DNA from: Eledone cirrhosa | Taxonomy: Eukaryota | Assembly (NCBI GenBank): GCA_964016885.1 | Contig: OZ024741.1 | Location: 349,370,001-349,434,000, forward strand | Reading direction: 5' to 3' | Length of the DNA stretch: 64,000 nt | In this document: positions 13,402 through 28,700 of the stretch, in pieces | Position numbering within the stretch: position 1 is the stretch's first letter | Layout: each line of letters starts with the position of its first letter | Translations under genes and position numbers: made by a program | The notes under the pieces: model-generated | The model's input: only the letters and a program-made list of their open reading frames with translations | Databases searched by the model: none | What the model was told of the DNA's origin: nothing

Positions 13402-13890
13402 ATAACTACTTTTGGCACAAGGCCAGCAATTACCCAGTGCATTATTGGTACTTTATTTTATCGACCCCGTAAGGATGAAAGGTAAAGTTAACCTCGGTGG
13501 GATTTGAACTCAGAATGGAATGGGCCGTAACTCTATGCGTCAAAGCTTGGCGTCCGACCCTCTACCGATACTACCATGATTTAGGCACAACAATTTTTTG
13601 TTTGTTTTGCTTTATTTTATCGAACCCGTGAAGTCAAAAGGCAAAGCTAATCTCGTGGGGATTTGAACAAAATGTTGCTTTCTAATGTTGGTACAAGGCC
13701 AGTTAATTTTGGGGAAGGGCAGAGTTGATAGAAGTAACCCAGTACTTGACTGGTACTTTATTTTATCAATCCTCGAAAGATGAAGAGTAAAGTTGACCTC
13801 GGCAGATTTTGAACCCAGAATTCAAAGAGCCAGAAGAAATACAGCAATGTCATTTTATCCAATGCGTTACCAATTCTGCCATTTCATCAC
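13402..13890 (-). mobile_element. Three adjacent SINE copies (main family and a variant)
   Basis: Three successive core plus B-box motifs. Confidence 0.8.
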
Positions 13891-13989
13891 CCTATTCTAC
13901 GTAAAATTCCCCTCAGCACACAACCTACAGTCATAGAAAAATGTGTTAGACCAAATGCACCTGGATTCCCAATATATATATATTTACCT

Positions 13990-14108
13990 GGATTGGCAGT
14001 ACCGGTAGAGGGTCGGACGCCATGCTTTTAAGCATAGATTTACCCCCCTTTATGATCTGAGTTCAAATCCCGCCGAGGGATGCCTTTGTTCACAGGCCTG
14101 CTCAACAT
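13990..14108 (+). mobile_element. SINE 5' portion
   Basis: ggattggcagtaccggtagagggtcggacgcc...gagttcaaatcccgccgagg. Confidence 0.8.
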
Positions 14109-14279
14109 GGGATGATATGATGGTGATCTTTAATAACAAAAAGGTAATGATCAAATCTATCTCAAATCACACCTTACCCTTTGGAAAAGACTACTGAACA
14201 GATCCATACAAAACATCCCTATACATAGACATACATGTATACCAATATATGCAAATTTACATAGGCGCATACGCACACA

Positions 14280-14310
<31 letters not shown>

Positions 14311-14959
14311 CGTGTTTGTGTGTGTGTGAATGTGTGGTTGTGTATGTGTTTGTGTATATATGTGTGTTTCTGAGTGTGTATTTCAAAATTCTTTGAGCAT
14401 GTATTTTATCGTTATCTGCTGATAAACGGAATAAATATTTGGGTATCTTTTTTTTTATTTCTTTTTTTTTTTATGTGAATTGATCTCACAGAAGTATATT
14501 TGTGACAAGTGTAACATTCTTGGAGAGGTTACAAGCTGAATCTGCTCGATATATAATGATGGTTTTTTCAGTAAAATATATTCAATTTAATAATTCCCAT
14601 TGTAAAGATGCTTGAATACGAGAGCTTTCTTTGAATTCCTTTTCGTCATTCCGTGTATTACCGTATTTCATTTTTCATCCATTTAAAACACAAATTCATT
14701 TAAATCTCCCACATTTTCTTTAATTAAACAGATCTTCACTATATTACGACGATTTTGTTCTACATATGTAAGGCATCTTTCTCTCTTTAAACAGATATTA
14801 GGATTCACGCTGTCTTGTTAGATTTGTTCTTGTCCGAAGAAATCGATAGCTATATATAGATAGTCAGAAAGACAGATAAATAGATAGATAGAGAGAAATA
14901 AAAAACAGCAATTGAGAGATTGACAGGTATACAGACATGCAGCACAGACTCTGAGAGCA

Positions 14960-15134
14960 TCAAACAAGGGTATATCAGAGTAAAACGGTAAAGAGTAACA
15001 TCGGTATTTTTCGTCAGCTATCCACTGACAATCACCAGTTTGGAAATTATATTGATAGTATCGTTCATTGCACAAGTAGCTAATCATTGCTCTAACCCAA
15101 TTTTCGCTGTATCAAACTTTTTCCATAGATTTTA
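14960..15134 (-). pseudogene. Possible decayed exon, weakly CAP/SCP-domain-like
   Basis: ttttgcag acceptor; YGKSL then frameshifted VRAMISYLCNERYYQYNFQTGDC; key W and HYTQ absent. Confidence 0.25.
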
Positions 15135-15193
15135 CTGCAAAATATATTATGATAATTGATGAATACTTACATATACATACATCCATTCATATG

Positions 15194-15266
<73 letters not shown>

Positions 15267-15296
15267 ACATAGATACACACACACATATATATATGT

Positions 15297-15481
15297 AATT
15301 GGTTCTACTTTTGGCACAAGGCCAGCAATTATCCCAGTGCATTACTGGTACTTTATTTTATCGACCCCGAAAGGATGAAAGGCAAAGTTAACCTCGGCGG
15401 GATTTGAACTCAGATCATAAAGGGAGGTAACTCTATGCTTCAAAGCATGGCGTCAGATCCTCTACCGATACTGCCAATCCA
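15297..15481 (-). mobile_element. SINE (main family)
   Basis: Near full-length reverse-complement copy. Confidence 0.9.
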
Positions 15482-15697
15482 GGTAAATGTATATATATAG
15501 AGAGAGAATTGTAAAGGAGAGAGATATGCGTGGATGTTGTCATGAGGATGATGAAGTGGACAGAAGTTTTGTCAAAATGATTGATGGGTATGTAATAAAA
15601 AAACGAACGGAACCTATAAACACGGACATGCGTATTCTTTCATGTGCGCAAATATATACACACATTCCTGCATGCACGCACAATCACTCACACACCA

Positions 15698-15781
<84 letters not shown>

Positions 15782-15913
15782 ATACACACATATATTCATT
15801 CACACAAATGATCTGACATGAACACATAGATGGGTACAATTAGAAAAGCCAAACGTGTGAAACGGATACCAACATACAGACATATTGATACGTAAATATG
15901 TATATTATATATA

Positions 15914-16598
<685 letters not shown>

Positions 16599-17019
16599 TT
16601 TTTGAATTTGTTTAGCAAGATTCTTTATCTGAAATCGTGTGTTGAAACCGATATTGTTATACTTTGGGAGGGTCATGTTGCCAATAAGAAACACACGCAC
16701 CAGTTGCTTTCACTTCAATTTATTATAATAAATTTATAATAAATTTATAAATTTATAAATTTCTGGTTGGTTGGTTGGTTCCACAACCAGATAGTTGTTT
16801 ATATATAGTCATAGTTCTTTCGTCACACACTCTGTCACCTCTTCAGTGACTGGGGATTCCTTTCTTTGTTTCTGTGCCTCTCCTTTGTTCTGTAGCTTTA
16901 AAGAATTAGCTTTTAAAGAATTCCCTTTTCTTTCAACCAATGACCTCCACCCATCCCACTCCCCACCCTCTACTACCACCAGAAAATATATAAATACCAC
17001 CATATTTACTTGGACAGTC

Positions 17020-17070
17020 AGCTTCCTGATGATTTCTCACGAATGAAACAGTTCTAGTCCTGTAGAAGCT
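17020..17070 (+). ncRNA. Type I hammerhead, family B, at 3' end of a PLE-type UTR (~16700-17155)
   Basis: agcttc-CTGATGA-tttctcacgaat-GAAA-cag-ttctagtc-ctg-TA-gaagct; 6-bp stem I, GUA triplet; copies at 51.7 and 60.4 kb. Confidence 0.85.
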
Positions 17071-17229
17071 CTTCTATATTAAAACTTTTATACTCTGCTA
17101 TGTATTGAGTACGTTACTTACTGTGGTTACCTCCTATTCAACCCGGAATAATTTATATATATATATATACACGAACATCACATAATCATAGAAAAGTCCT
17201 CTCCGACATTCTCTGAGGTTCCTAATAGA

Positions 17230-17268
17230 TTCCTTGATAATGGACGTTACATCCGAAATATATTGGGA
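17230..17268 (+). ncRNA. Minimal hammerhead variant with U3-A8 core
   Basis: ttcc-TTGATAA-tgga-cgttaca-tcc-GAAA-tata-TT-ggga. Confidence 0.55.
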
Positions 17269-17421
17269 CTAATGAAAATTTCCCAGGTAACACTACCTCT
17301 GATTCTCGATTTTCTTCTTCATTTCCGCCCTATATCACCTCTTTCATTCCTCAACCGATATTGTTGCCTTAATATCTACAACCCCCCACTTGTATTGTAA
17401 CGACCTCTAAATGTACATATA

Positions 17422-17532
<111 letters not shown>

Positions 17533-17639
17533 TAATGTAAATGTAGTAAATATCTGTAGGTGTATAAAAGGAAAAAGGAAAGCTGTAATCAATCACGTGT
17601 GAGAGCTGATATATTATATTATATATATACCTAAAGTTT

Positions 17640-17990
17640 CAAGGTTCAATATTGACCATATATCCAGATTATATGATGGATCAAATTTGTAACTCAATCT
17701 TCGACCCTTCATATGAGTTTGAAAATACCGTTAAGACGATTGTTTATGAAAATAATACCGTAAACGCTTATTTATTGTATTGTGTGGTGGTCTGTAATAT
17801 AGGGATGTCTTTTCAGATGGCTTTTGAGATGGAGGCATCCTCTAAAAATTTCATTCTTTGAGTTCAAATAATTATTGCTCGGAGATGACACTAAAGCAAA
17901 AACGATATATCTTGGTACCATTGTTATAAGGTCTCGACCTTTCAAAATCAACTCCTTACTAAGTGGAAATACTCATCAAATTAAATTGAT
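17640..17990 (-). mobile_element. Possible degenerate PLE 3' fragment
   Basis: Minus translation ERSRPYNNGTKIYRFC resembles ARARSYNGNKRPCDLC in the 640-aa ORF. Confidence 0.35.
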
Positions 17991-18300
17991 TTTCAACCAC
18001 CTCAATATGATTTATATACTTTCTTAATATCTTTCTTTCCTACACTTACATAATACGGTATATTAGTATTAATATTATAACAATTGTTATTAATATCATT
18101 AATTTATTAATACTACTGACTATCCCATGGCTTTGTTCTAGTATCGGTGTCTCCCCATTAACTCGATATCTTATGTCATGTTACAGAGGTGTATATATTG
18201 ACGGACTGACAGACACTGAGTCAGACAGATATATAGATAGATGTATGGCTAGATAGATCTGCACAAAATATGTGATATAGTGTAGGCACTAAACTGTATG

Positions 18301-18363
<63 letters not shown>

Positions 18364-18372
<9 letters not shown>

Positions 18373-18972
18373 ATATTAACAAATGGAAACTATATTTATA
18401 AAACCATATTTATTTCATTATACATATTTCAAGGGCCACCAGAGCAAACTATGGTGCGCTTTCATCAGATAAAATATAATATAGGTTAGTTTTATAAATA
18501 AATATTGACATACCCTTAAAAAATGCAACCATTCTGGTTGGAATCTCCTGGATAGTGGAGTTATTAGATTTATTGTTGGTTTATTATGCAAATTAGTGTT
18601 GGAAAGGTTTAAAAACAGTATATTTAAATTAAGCCGTTGGAATAGGGAAAACACTAATTTGCATAATAAACTAACAATAAATCTAATAACTCCACTATCC
18701 AGCAGATTCCAACCAGAATGGTTGCATTTTTTAAGGGTATGTCAATATTTATTTATAAAACTAACCTATATTATATTTTATCTGATGAAAGCGCACCATA
18801 GTTTGCTCTGGTGGCCCTTGAAATATGTATAATGAAATAAATATGGTTTTATAAATATAGTTTCAATTTGTTAATATATTGTATATTTACTCCAATAATT
18901 TGTTGAGTGTTTTATATCAGTTATCAAAATATTTTGCTTGTTGTATCCCAACAAATTAAATATAACCTCTAC
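18364..18972 (+). mobile_element. Large fold-back PLE-type element (237-bp arms, 49-bp spacer, tail)
   Basis: Arms 18364-18600 and 18650-18886, few mismatches; (TA)n flanks. Confidence 0.85.
18774..18839 (+). ncRNA. Minimal type I hammerhead (mirror copy 18411-18476, minus)
   Basis: tattttat-CTGATGA-aag...ctt-GAAA-tatgta-TA-atgaaata. Confidence 0.8.
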
Positions 18973-18985
18973 ATATATATATATA

Positions 18986-19382
<397 letters not shown>

Positions 19383-19453
19383 TATATATATGCGTGTGTG
19401 TGTGTATATATATATGTGGGTGCGTGTGTATGTGTCTATACATATATATATGT

Positions 19454-19550
<97 letters not shown>

Positions 19551-21209
19551 TATATATACATATATATATATATACACACATATACATATATATATATACA
19601 CACACATATATATATATATATATATATGTGTACAGAGAGCGAGCGAGAGAGAGGGGGGGGGCGAAAGAGAACGAGTGTGTGTGTGTGTGTGTGGCCTTTT
19701 AGTCGACATCTGTTTTCCAGCTTGATGTCATTCGAACACTTTTTCGTATTTCTTATTCTTTTATTTTCCTACTCTATTTCGATAAAGGGTTTGACTAGAA
19801 ACATCAGATCCCTTCTTCTCTTTATATTCAGAGTAAAGATTTCCACATAGTTCATCCTTTTGTGCGTATATATTGTCAAACATGGGCCGTCTTTTTTCCC
19901 GTCTTTTCACTTTTTGTTTGCGTTTTGCCAAGCTGAACCATCAAAGGAGAGCGTTAAGAGCCAGGAACGATGTGATACACAAAATATATAGAAATATTAG
20001 AATCATTGCTTCAGTTAATTATATACATCCTCCAGCTTTATTACATAATACTAAAAGAAGGAGACAGCAGCCAATATCACAGTGTTCCAAGTTAGAAAAC
20101 ACTTGTAGAGGTTATAAACGAAGTCATAACCTAATGTCTTTTTCTGTGTTTTCTGTTTTATGTTTTATGTTCCATATGACATAACCTCTCTATGGGAACT
20201 CGACTTGTGGTAGTTTGACCTGCAAGAAACGGTGGCCGAATCTTATTCGTATAAAGTAAGAAATACACATTAAATGAGATATCTGTAAAATGATAGGTAA
20301 GCCAAGTCTCGTGGAAGGTTGACATGGCCTCAAAACAACAAGATTTACGTCATGCCTTCAAAGAAACTGTAATGCATTCGCTTAAAAGCAGGCTATAGCA
20401 ACCAAATATTTCTCAAACTTTATCCAACTGTCGTCTTAAACCTACACAGAGAAAACTGCCTGAGTTTGCATCACCTTACGTTTAACTTCAATTAAGCTTT
20501 CTAGTTTTTTCCCTCACTCCTGCTAGTCCCATCATCATATTGTTATGTCTTTTACCATAATCATTTCCAGCAAATATTCTACACCTAAACAGCCAATGAT
20601 GGAACTGTTTCCAATGCTGTTTTTATATTTTTTTTACTTTTACTTTTACGCAGTCTTTACACATCTGTTACCACTTCCCTTTTTCTTTTCTCCTAAATTC
20701 TTCCATGCTCTACTTCTTACCATTTTGTTAATGACGGAATACATCTTGCCCTGGAATCCATGTTACATTTTTAAACTGCCATAGCTTTTTAGGTTTGGAG
20801 TGAGAGATGGGTATTTGGAGCCGAACTATTTTTTAAGTCCACCTTTCCAGCACCACCATCGCCAATTTCCGCGTGTATTTGCGTTGAAATTTTCAGATTG
20901 ATACTTCTAAGATCTTTACAAAATTCGAAAGTGAGAGGGGGAAAATGATATGTTGGAGTGAAGTGTTAAATGAAGCACCTCAGATCTGAAGTTTAAATCG
21001 GTTACAGTGCCTTCTTCCAAACCAACTAGGTTCCTATCTATATACAATTTAGTCGTTTTCGTTGAGATCTAGCTCGATGTTAACAAATTCCATATTCCAC
21101 TTTACTTTAAGCTATCATATCTATTGTTTTAACAAAGTTGTTTACCTTGCGCATTCCTCTCTCCCCAGCTCCTTCCATTTCTCTCTTTCTCTCTTCCCCC
21201 ATCATACAC

Positions 21210-21274
<65 letters not shown>

Positions 21275-22879
21275 TCCTCTCTCTTCCTCTCTCTCTCGCG
21301 CTCTCGCTCTCTCGCTCTCTCCCTCTGCCCAGCGTATTCTGATTCGTCTATATTTCAAGATATAATTCAATTTATCCATTCCTTTTTGTCCTATTTACTG
21401 AACTTGGATCTGTCTCTATTTTTTTTCTATCGTATTTTTAATCGTTCACCTCTCTACCAAACAAGGTCTCTTTTTTTCTTTGAGCATTTTTTATCATTTC
21501 AAGCACATTATTTAAAACTAAAGTGAAATGCTTTTTTCCCTATTCATTGTCAGTGGAACCAAGTCTTCGTGGCAGCTTTTGACATCATTTATGAAGCATT
21601 TCTTTACTGTTTTGAATACAATCCAACGAATGAACCTCTACGAAGTTGCTCAACGCGCAAGAAATAGCAGCCATATAAAAAAAGAGGGTATTGTCACAGT
21701 TGAAGTATCTTTGATCACGCTGGGCTAAACAAAGAAACTGTTCAGAAAACGAACCAGCGAGAGAGCTTCTGTCTGGTTAACGAATGCGCTAGAAATATCA
21801 GCCATGGTAAGGTCGATAGTATGGTATACTCTTCCTATATATTGTTAGCTCAGTTTTCACTAAACAACGTGTTATCTAGGTCTGATCTGAAAGTACTTGA
21901 CTGCTTGGCAGAATATATTTTACATTTAAAACTACTTTAACCTTGAATACACAAGGAGGTGCCCTATATTTTTTTCTAGTTTTACCTATTATTTTCCTCC
22001 TGTAGTATAACATTTCTATACTTCAATTAATACATCAAACTATTTTCTTTTGTCCAATTTTTATTTGTTTACCTTCCTAGTTTGCCGTAAGTAGCTATTC
22101 TTAAATCTTTCAAAATTTCAATTGATATATAGAGCTTGCCTCGTTTTTCTTCCATCTCATTTGTTCTCCCGGGTTTCAGCCACCTTAAATATTTTTATTC
22201 CGTAATGTAATGTTTTTCATATGTTTTTTGTTTTTTTTTTCTTTATTTTGTTTTTTTTTTTGTTTTTTTTGCTCTCGTCTACTAAAACCTCTACTGTAAT
22301 AGTTTTCTTTCTCTTTTTTCTTTTCTTCTCTTTACATTTATTTGTCTTTCCTCTTTTCTGCGTTTTCTATTGCATAATGTAAGCCCATTAAAGCCTATAT
22401 TGTCTACTTTGAAGACGTAGTGTCGTAATATCCGAAGGGTTGTATAATTGAACAACAGATTTGTCCATTATTATTTGGCAGTTTTTTCATTGCTTTTATG
22501 TGAGAACTAAATTTGTTTCAACTGTAAAAACTTTGAACAGCAATTTTTGTTTCTTTTTTCACTTCTCATCTAGTGTCTTAATTACCTGATGTTCACTTTG
22601 TTGTTGTTAATTTTGTGGTTGTAGTTTAGCTCCAGGTCAGAATTGATTATTTTTTTCGCATTTATTTCACTCATTTGACAGCGACCATACTGGTGCATAG
22701 TCTTCGAGAAATAGATTTTATCCTGAATGTTTTCAAATTCGGTAGTTATTTCAGCGATCTATATTTGTTAATGTGACGTCTACGTAATGGGACATAAACA
22801 GACTGTGAACGTAATCGCAAACACACTCACACACACAAATACACATGCTTAAGTTCAAAAGCCAGTGAGCGAACCTAAC

Positions 22880-23578
22880 CCAAGAAAAAGATAGGTTATT
22901 TATGACTCTGATAATGTTGTCTGGGACTTTAGCAAGTCGAATGGCTTCTATCATCTAACGGTGAAGAACATAATCGAATGCTTTCCTGTAGTTCAGTCCT
23001 ATGTCTCCGCACCACTGACATCGTGGTGTTAATTGGACTGTTAGTCAAAGGCAAACCTCCAATGCATGAACTAAAACCCAGGCATAAAGACAGCATCAAA
23101 GGAGCTTTGATAAAATCAAAAATATGAGAAAATAATTGGGAAGACATTGCCTTAGATTGATCATCTTCGATGAAAAGAGTGTTTAATGGGAATCATGAAT
23201 TTGAAAAAGCTTGTGTGGAGCATGAAATTTTAAAGAGGGTTCTACGTAAGGGTTTACACGATTTTACTTTACCTGGATTGTTAATGTTCAAAATGACCTC
23301 ATGTGCAATGAGTGTGACCGAATTTGCTGATCTTAGAACTCATCTTAGAAGCCATATATAAAATGTTGCCGATTATAGTCTCGTTGACATTTCTTCTTGT
23401 CGGAAGTGTGGAAAACAAGATGCCTCTGCCCGAGGACCACAACCTCATTTGAAAACTCACCAGAACAAAACAGCGAAACAAATTGGAAGTAACGTTCGTC
23501 ACTGCAGATCTGGCAGAAAGGAATGTAATTCCTTTGCAAGGCTAAATACTCATGTTCGTGCCACCCATGTGTGAGAGG
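22880..23578. mobile_element. Rearranged remnant: R4/R2-like RT fragment (-) and three degenerate C2H2 fingers (+)
   Basis: IEAIRLAKVPDNIIRVINNLSFSW on minus; [36 protein letters not shown] in one plus frame with one stop. Confidence 0.45.
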
Positions 23579-23687
23579 CGATTAGGAGAAGGCAATGCTT
23601 GAAATTGTGTTGCAGTCATCATGTATGCATGTATGTATGTGTGTGTTTTCATGCATATATGTATATATATATATATATATATACATA

Positions 23688-23773
<86 letters not shown>

Positions 23774-23836
23774 CATATATTTATATACATACATACATAC
23801 ACACATATTTATATACATACATACATACATAACTCA

Positions 23837-23880
<44 letters not shown>

Positions 23881-24265
23881 TGAGTTAGAAACTCAAAGTA
23901 GTCTCTTACAATTAAATAGCTCTAAGAAAAAAGCTTTTCCGAGCCGTGTAATATAATTGAATATACAAGAGAGATGAACACTAATATAAACATAAATGTG
24001 TCCGAATTGTAAGGATCAGGTTTGCTAGGGTGAAAAGATACTAACTACAGCAATATGGTTTGCCAGACTTAATTTAAAGTAGTAAATTAAGAAAAATAAT
24101 AACAAACCTATATTGGGCAACTGCCTGAAAACACCTAGACAGTTATGGAAACTGTTTCGCAAAATCATATTAATCGAAGTCATCACCATTTCTCTGCTCA
24201 TCGGTAGGTGTTGAGAAATTAGCGATCCCTCCAATTCGGCGATCCTTACCATTTGGACACAAGTA

Positions 24266-24311
<46 letters not shown>

Positions 24312-24584
24312 GATGTGTATGTATATATGAATGTACGTTTGTGCATACATGCTTGTATGTATGTAAGGTGCGTATGTGAGTATTTCTGTATATATGCGTG
24401 TGTTTATGTATGTATCTATGTATGTATATATGTATGTACGTATGTATGTATGTGTGTGTATGTCTCTGTGTATATCTTTATTTATTTATTCATCTATATA
24501 TTGTTTGTATATATTATAAAATTAGGCTGTATGTTGTGCAATTGTGTGCCATGTGCAAACTGGTACATCCACTGTTGCTGCTGA

Positions 24585-24585
<1 letters not shown>

Positions 24586-24623
<38 letters not shown>

Positions 24624-24869
24624 AAACACTGCTGTGGCTACTACTACTACTTGCACTTCTACTAGGAAGACTATCAAGTAGAGTACATATCATTAAAGTT
24701 TTTATGAGTAACAGATTTAACAGCAACAACAAAAGCTGTCGTCGTCGTCGTCGTCGTCGTAGTCGTAGTAGTCGTAGTAGTAGTAGTAGTGGTGGTGGTG
24801 GTGGTGGTGGTGGTGGTGGTGGTGGTGGTGGTGGTGGTGGTGGTGGTGGTGGTGGTGGTGGTGGTGGCG

Positions 24870-24904
<35 letters not shown>

Positions 24905-24951
24905 TGCAGTAGTAGTAGTAGTAGTAGTCGTAGTAGTAGTCGTAGTAGTAT

Positions 24952-25050
<99 letters not shown>

Positions 25051-25111
25051 CGGTGGTGGTGGTGATAGTTGCAGTAGTAGTAGTAGTGGCAGTTGCAGTA
25101 GCAGTGGTGGT
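24586..25111. repeat. Compound trinucleotide microsatellites (CTA, GTC, GGT, AGT)
   Basis: Direct inspection. Confidence 0.95.
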
Positions 25112-25295
25112 TAAGATGGTGGTGCTGACCTAGGTAGGATATATACGTTAACATTGGTTGGCTTAATACAACACTGTAAAATGTCAGCTAACGCGATAAA
25201 GAAGAAAACAAAGATAGAGAGAAAGCATTCAGACTGCAAATAAACACACATACACATACGCACACATACAAACACCCACACACACATAGTGACAA

Positions 25296-25379
<84 letters not shown>

Positions 25380-25451
25380 TTAGTTTTCAAAGAGCCCACA
25401 TGACTAAGTCCCATCTCCTCAGTCAACCTCTCGAAATCACTAATTCGGTGG

Positions 25452-25495
<44 letters not shown>

Positions 25496-26414
25496 TGTAG
25501 TAAAGTTAATACGAAGCATCGTAGAATAAATGACTAAGATTCAGAAAGCCAGAATGTGGGAAATTTAAGAATCAAAGAGAGCATTATAATCTACAAGACA
25601 ATATTACAAATAAATAAATAATTATAAATACACGAAGTAGATTTGGCTACTATAACAGTTCCACGCATGCGTATTGTAGACACTTAGACCAGTTGACCAG
25701 TTAGGGAAAAACACATCGAACGTTTGTTTTTGTTTTGAATCGTTTTTCTTTTACATTTGAAAAGAGGGCATTATCCTTGAAATATCATGCTGAAATATAC
25801 TTTGTAAAACAATATCTTGTTGGTTTTATTTTCCCTTTATACATGTCTAACATATTGGACGAAAAGACATAGAAAAGAAAACCGCCACCCCCCTCTCGAT
25901 ATATCGGCTCTGTTGGAAATTGGACACAGCAACGTACATATTTCATTTATGTAGCGCAAACATGTCAGCATCGAAACCATTGTTGATGTATTTGTACACA
26001 CACTTTATAGCCCTCTGCCATTCAGTTTTCAACGGAAAATGTGATTGCAATTGCGAGCATATTGGAAGTCAGATTATTTGAAAACATGAAAAAAATCTAG
26101 GGTAAAAAATTTATTCACGATCTCCAAGTGGCGGCTTTTCTATAAATTTAAAAGGCTGAGATGTGCTTATCTGTAACTCCAAGGGTGCCCATCCCTCCCT
26201 CTCTCACCCCCTCCCCACCTCCGTTTTCGGAAAAAAATGTCGTTGGTCGACAACAAAAGAAAATACACACGTGTGTGTATGTGTGATATAGTGCTATATA
26301 CTGCAATGTGTGCAGACAGTCTCTTTTCGACCAATAGTCTAAGATCTTTGGTGGACCTCGATGTTTGATAAGGTTTCCCAAAACACTACTTTCTGTATGT
26401 AAAGACATACTCGG

Positions 26415-26598
26415 GTGATGGATTGGCAGTATGGGTAGAAAGTCGGACACCATGCTTTGCAACATAGAGCTACTGTCTGAGTTTCAATCCCACTGAGGTT
26501 AACTTTGCCTTTCATCCTTACGGGGTCGATAAAATAAAGCACCAGTAATGCACTGGGGTAATTGCTAGCCTTGTGCCTAAAGAAGAAGCAATTATTTC
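26415..26598 (+). mobile_element. SINE (main family)
   Basis: Full head, core and tail. Confidence 0.85.
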
Positions 26599-26632
26599 TA
26601 ACAAAAACGGCAAGGACAACACCACACACGCT

Positions 26633-26732
<100 letters not shown>

Positions 26733-26839
26733 AATAAACACACACCTACACTGACACACACATAGACGGACGCAAATACTCATTGTCTAGAATACCTCTG
26801 CTACAGTGTTTGGGTTTTAGCTGATTTATAGATGAGGGC

Positions 26840-28700
26840 TTGAAGTTTCTATGAATTACATTGCATTTAAACCTCATCGTTGCAGATTAGCATCAACAGG
26901 ATTCTTGATTACCTGTGCTACTTTCGTGTCGTCAGCATGTCTTGTGAAAGTGCCTGCCAGTATAACTGAGAGAGCGACTACAAACATTAGTGGGCCCGAG
27001 ACATTTTGCTGGAGGACCCCTCCCACTAACAATTTCTTCTTTGAGAAGGCAACAATGGGTCTTTCATCTTGGATTTACTCTTGTAACACCTGTTTCAATA
27101 TTCTATCCGGGTTCTGCCAAAGGTGTGTAAGGTAGCGTCTTTCTGGGCAGAGGCCATGCTGGGTGCCAGTTATTTTCCTTTAGAAAGGTGATCGTTTTCT
27201 CTCTTCCATGATTTTGCTAATGTGTGAGGTCAGAGTGATAGATTTGCAATTATAGCATCTGTGTTGATTCTACCTTTATTGGTAGGATATATTACACCTT
27301 CCTTTAACATCCCGGGGTTTGTGAGTTTTGAAAGAAGATATGCAGTGGTTTTACAAATGAATGTTTTTCATTTTGTAAGGAGGATTACATAAAACTCATC
27401 ATGGCCGATAGCTGTGTTTGCGCTCATTTCCTCAAATGGTTGATATTGCATCGTCTTCCTTTATATAAATATTCATGTGGAACTGTGAAGTAAAAGAACT
27501 CATTTGGCATATTTATTAGCAAATGTCACATCTCAGGTGTTAAAACATTGTAATACTCATTCAGTATTTCCCTATTCGTTGGGAGTCCGCAGTCAGTAAG
27601 ACATTTTCTTCGAACTGTAGCCCTATCATGTTATATAATGTTTGTTTGTTTTGCTAATTTATAGAAGACGTTTTGATTTTGTTTTGGGGTTTGGGGGTTT
27701 ATTGTATTCCTATAGCCTTGGCTGCTTTTTCTGTCCTCTCCTTTTTATGGGAGTATTTTAGTTAATTTTCAATTTCAAGCTGTGCCCGTTACAAATGGAA
27801 TTCTTCACTGTCATTTAATTGTATACTTAAGCGATTTGATATATTTGTTCTTCGTCTCATAAATTTCTTTCTGTTTCTGGACATGATAGTTTTACGTCTT
27901 TCGGGCAAATTCTATTCGTATGGCCTTCTTTATTGCCAGAATTGTTTCTATTTTTGGCACAAAGCCAGCAATTATCCCAGTGCATTACTGGTGCTTTATT
28001 TTATCGACCCCATAAGGATTAAAAGCAAAGGTAACCTTGGTGGGAATTGAACTCAGACCGCAAAGGGCCGTAACTCAATGCTGCAAAGCATGGCATCCAA
28101 CCCTCTACTGATACTGCAAATCCACCGCCAATGTGTTTACGTTTTATGTCAATGTCTTTCAGAGAGAGACTGTCATACGAGATTTGTTCAGAATCTTTCT
28201 CTGAATCTCTTTCCAATTAGATTGGCAAAAGTTAGATGTTAGATAGAATTCGAGCGTTAACTGTAGCTTGCATATCTACACTTTCCTTTCGACCATGTTT
28301 TGTAATTTAAACTAAGTTGTGATCTGAGAAAATCGTTGTTGTAACTTTTGCATTGTGGATAAGTAGAGATCTAGGTGATACTTAACATTTGCTGGGTGGG
28401 GTACTATTTGTTTCATTAACATATGCCCGAAGGGTGGGCAGAGACTTCGACTGTCTTTTCTCATATAACAATCCTGAGAAAAAGTGATCTTCGAGCCATT
28501 TGACGTAGGGGAGGTTAAGTGTAGGATTTCATCTAGTTTGGTTAACATTTCTTCCATATTTTCAAAATATATCCTCATATTTTATATATGGATTGCATGT
28601 AGGTCGGTTTTAATTTACTTAGTTGGTAGTTGTAAATGATATTAAATAGTATTCTTATACTTAAACATTTGAATTTTTAAGTACCATGTAGCCAAATTAT
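26840..28700 (-). mobile_element. Highly degenerate CR1-like LINE, interrupted by a SINE
   Basis: Minus translations SITLTSHISKIME, QHGL, GVLQQNVSGPLMF, HADDTKV; right boundary uncertain. Confidence 0.6.
27941..28129 (-). mobile_element. SINE (main family)
   Basis: Full-length reverse-complement copy. Confidence 0.85.

Noticed and set aside
15297-15481. tRNA genes suggested by B-boxes
   Set aside because: B-boxes belong to SINE heads; no cloverleaf
21554-21806. Candidate exon with good AG/GT sites
   Set aside because: Stops in all three plus frames
24398-25154. Long poly-S/G/V/Y ORFs
   Set aside because: Translations of trinucleotide microsatellites
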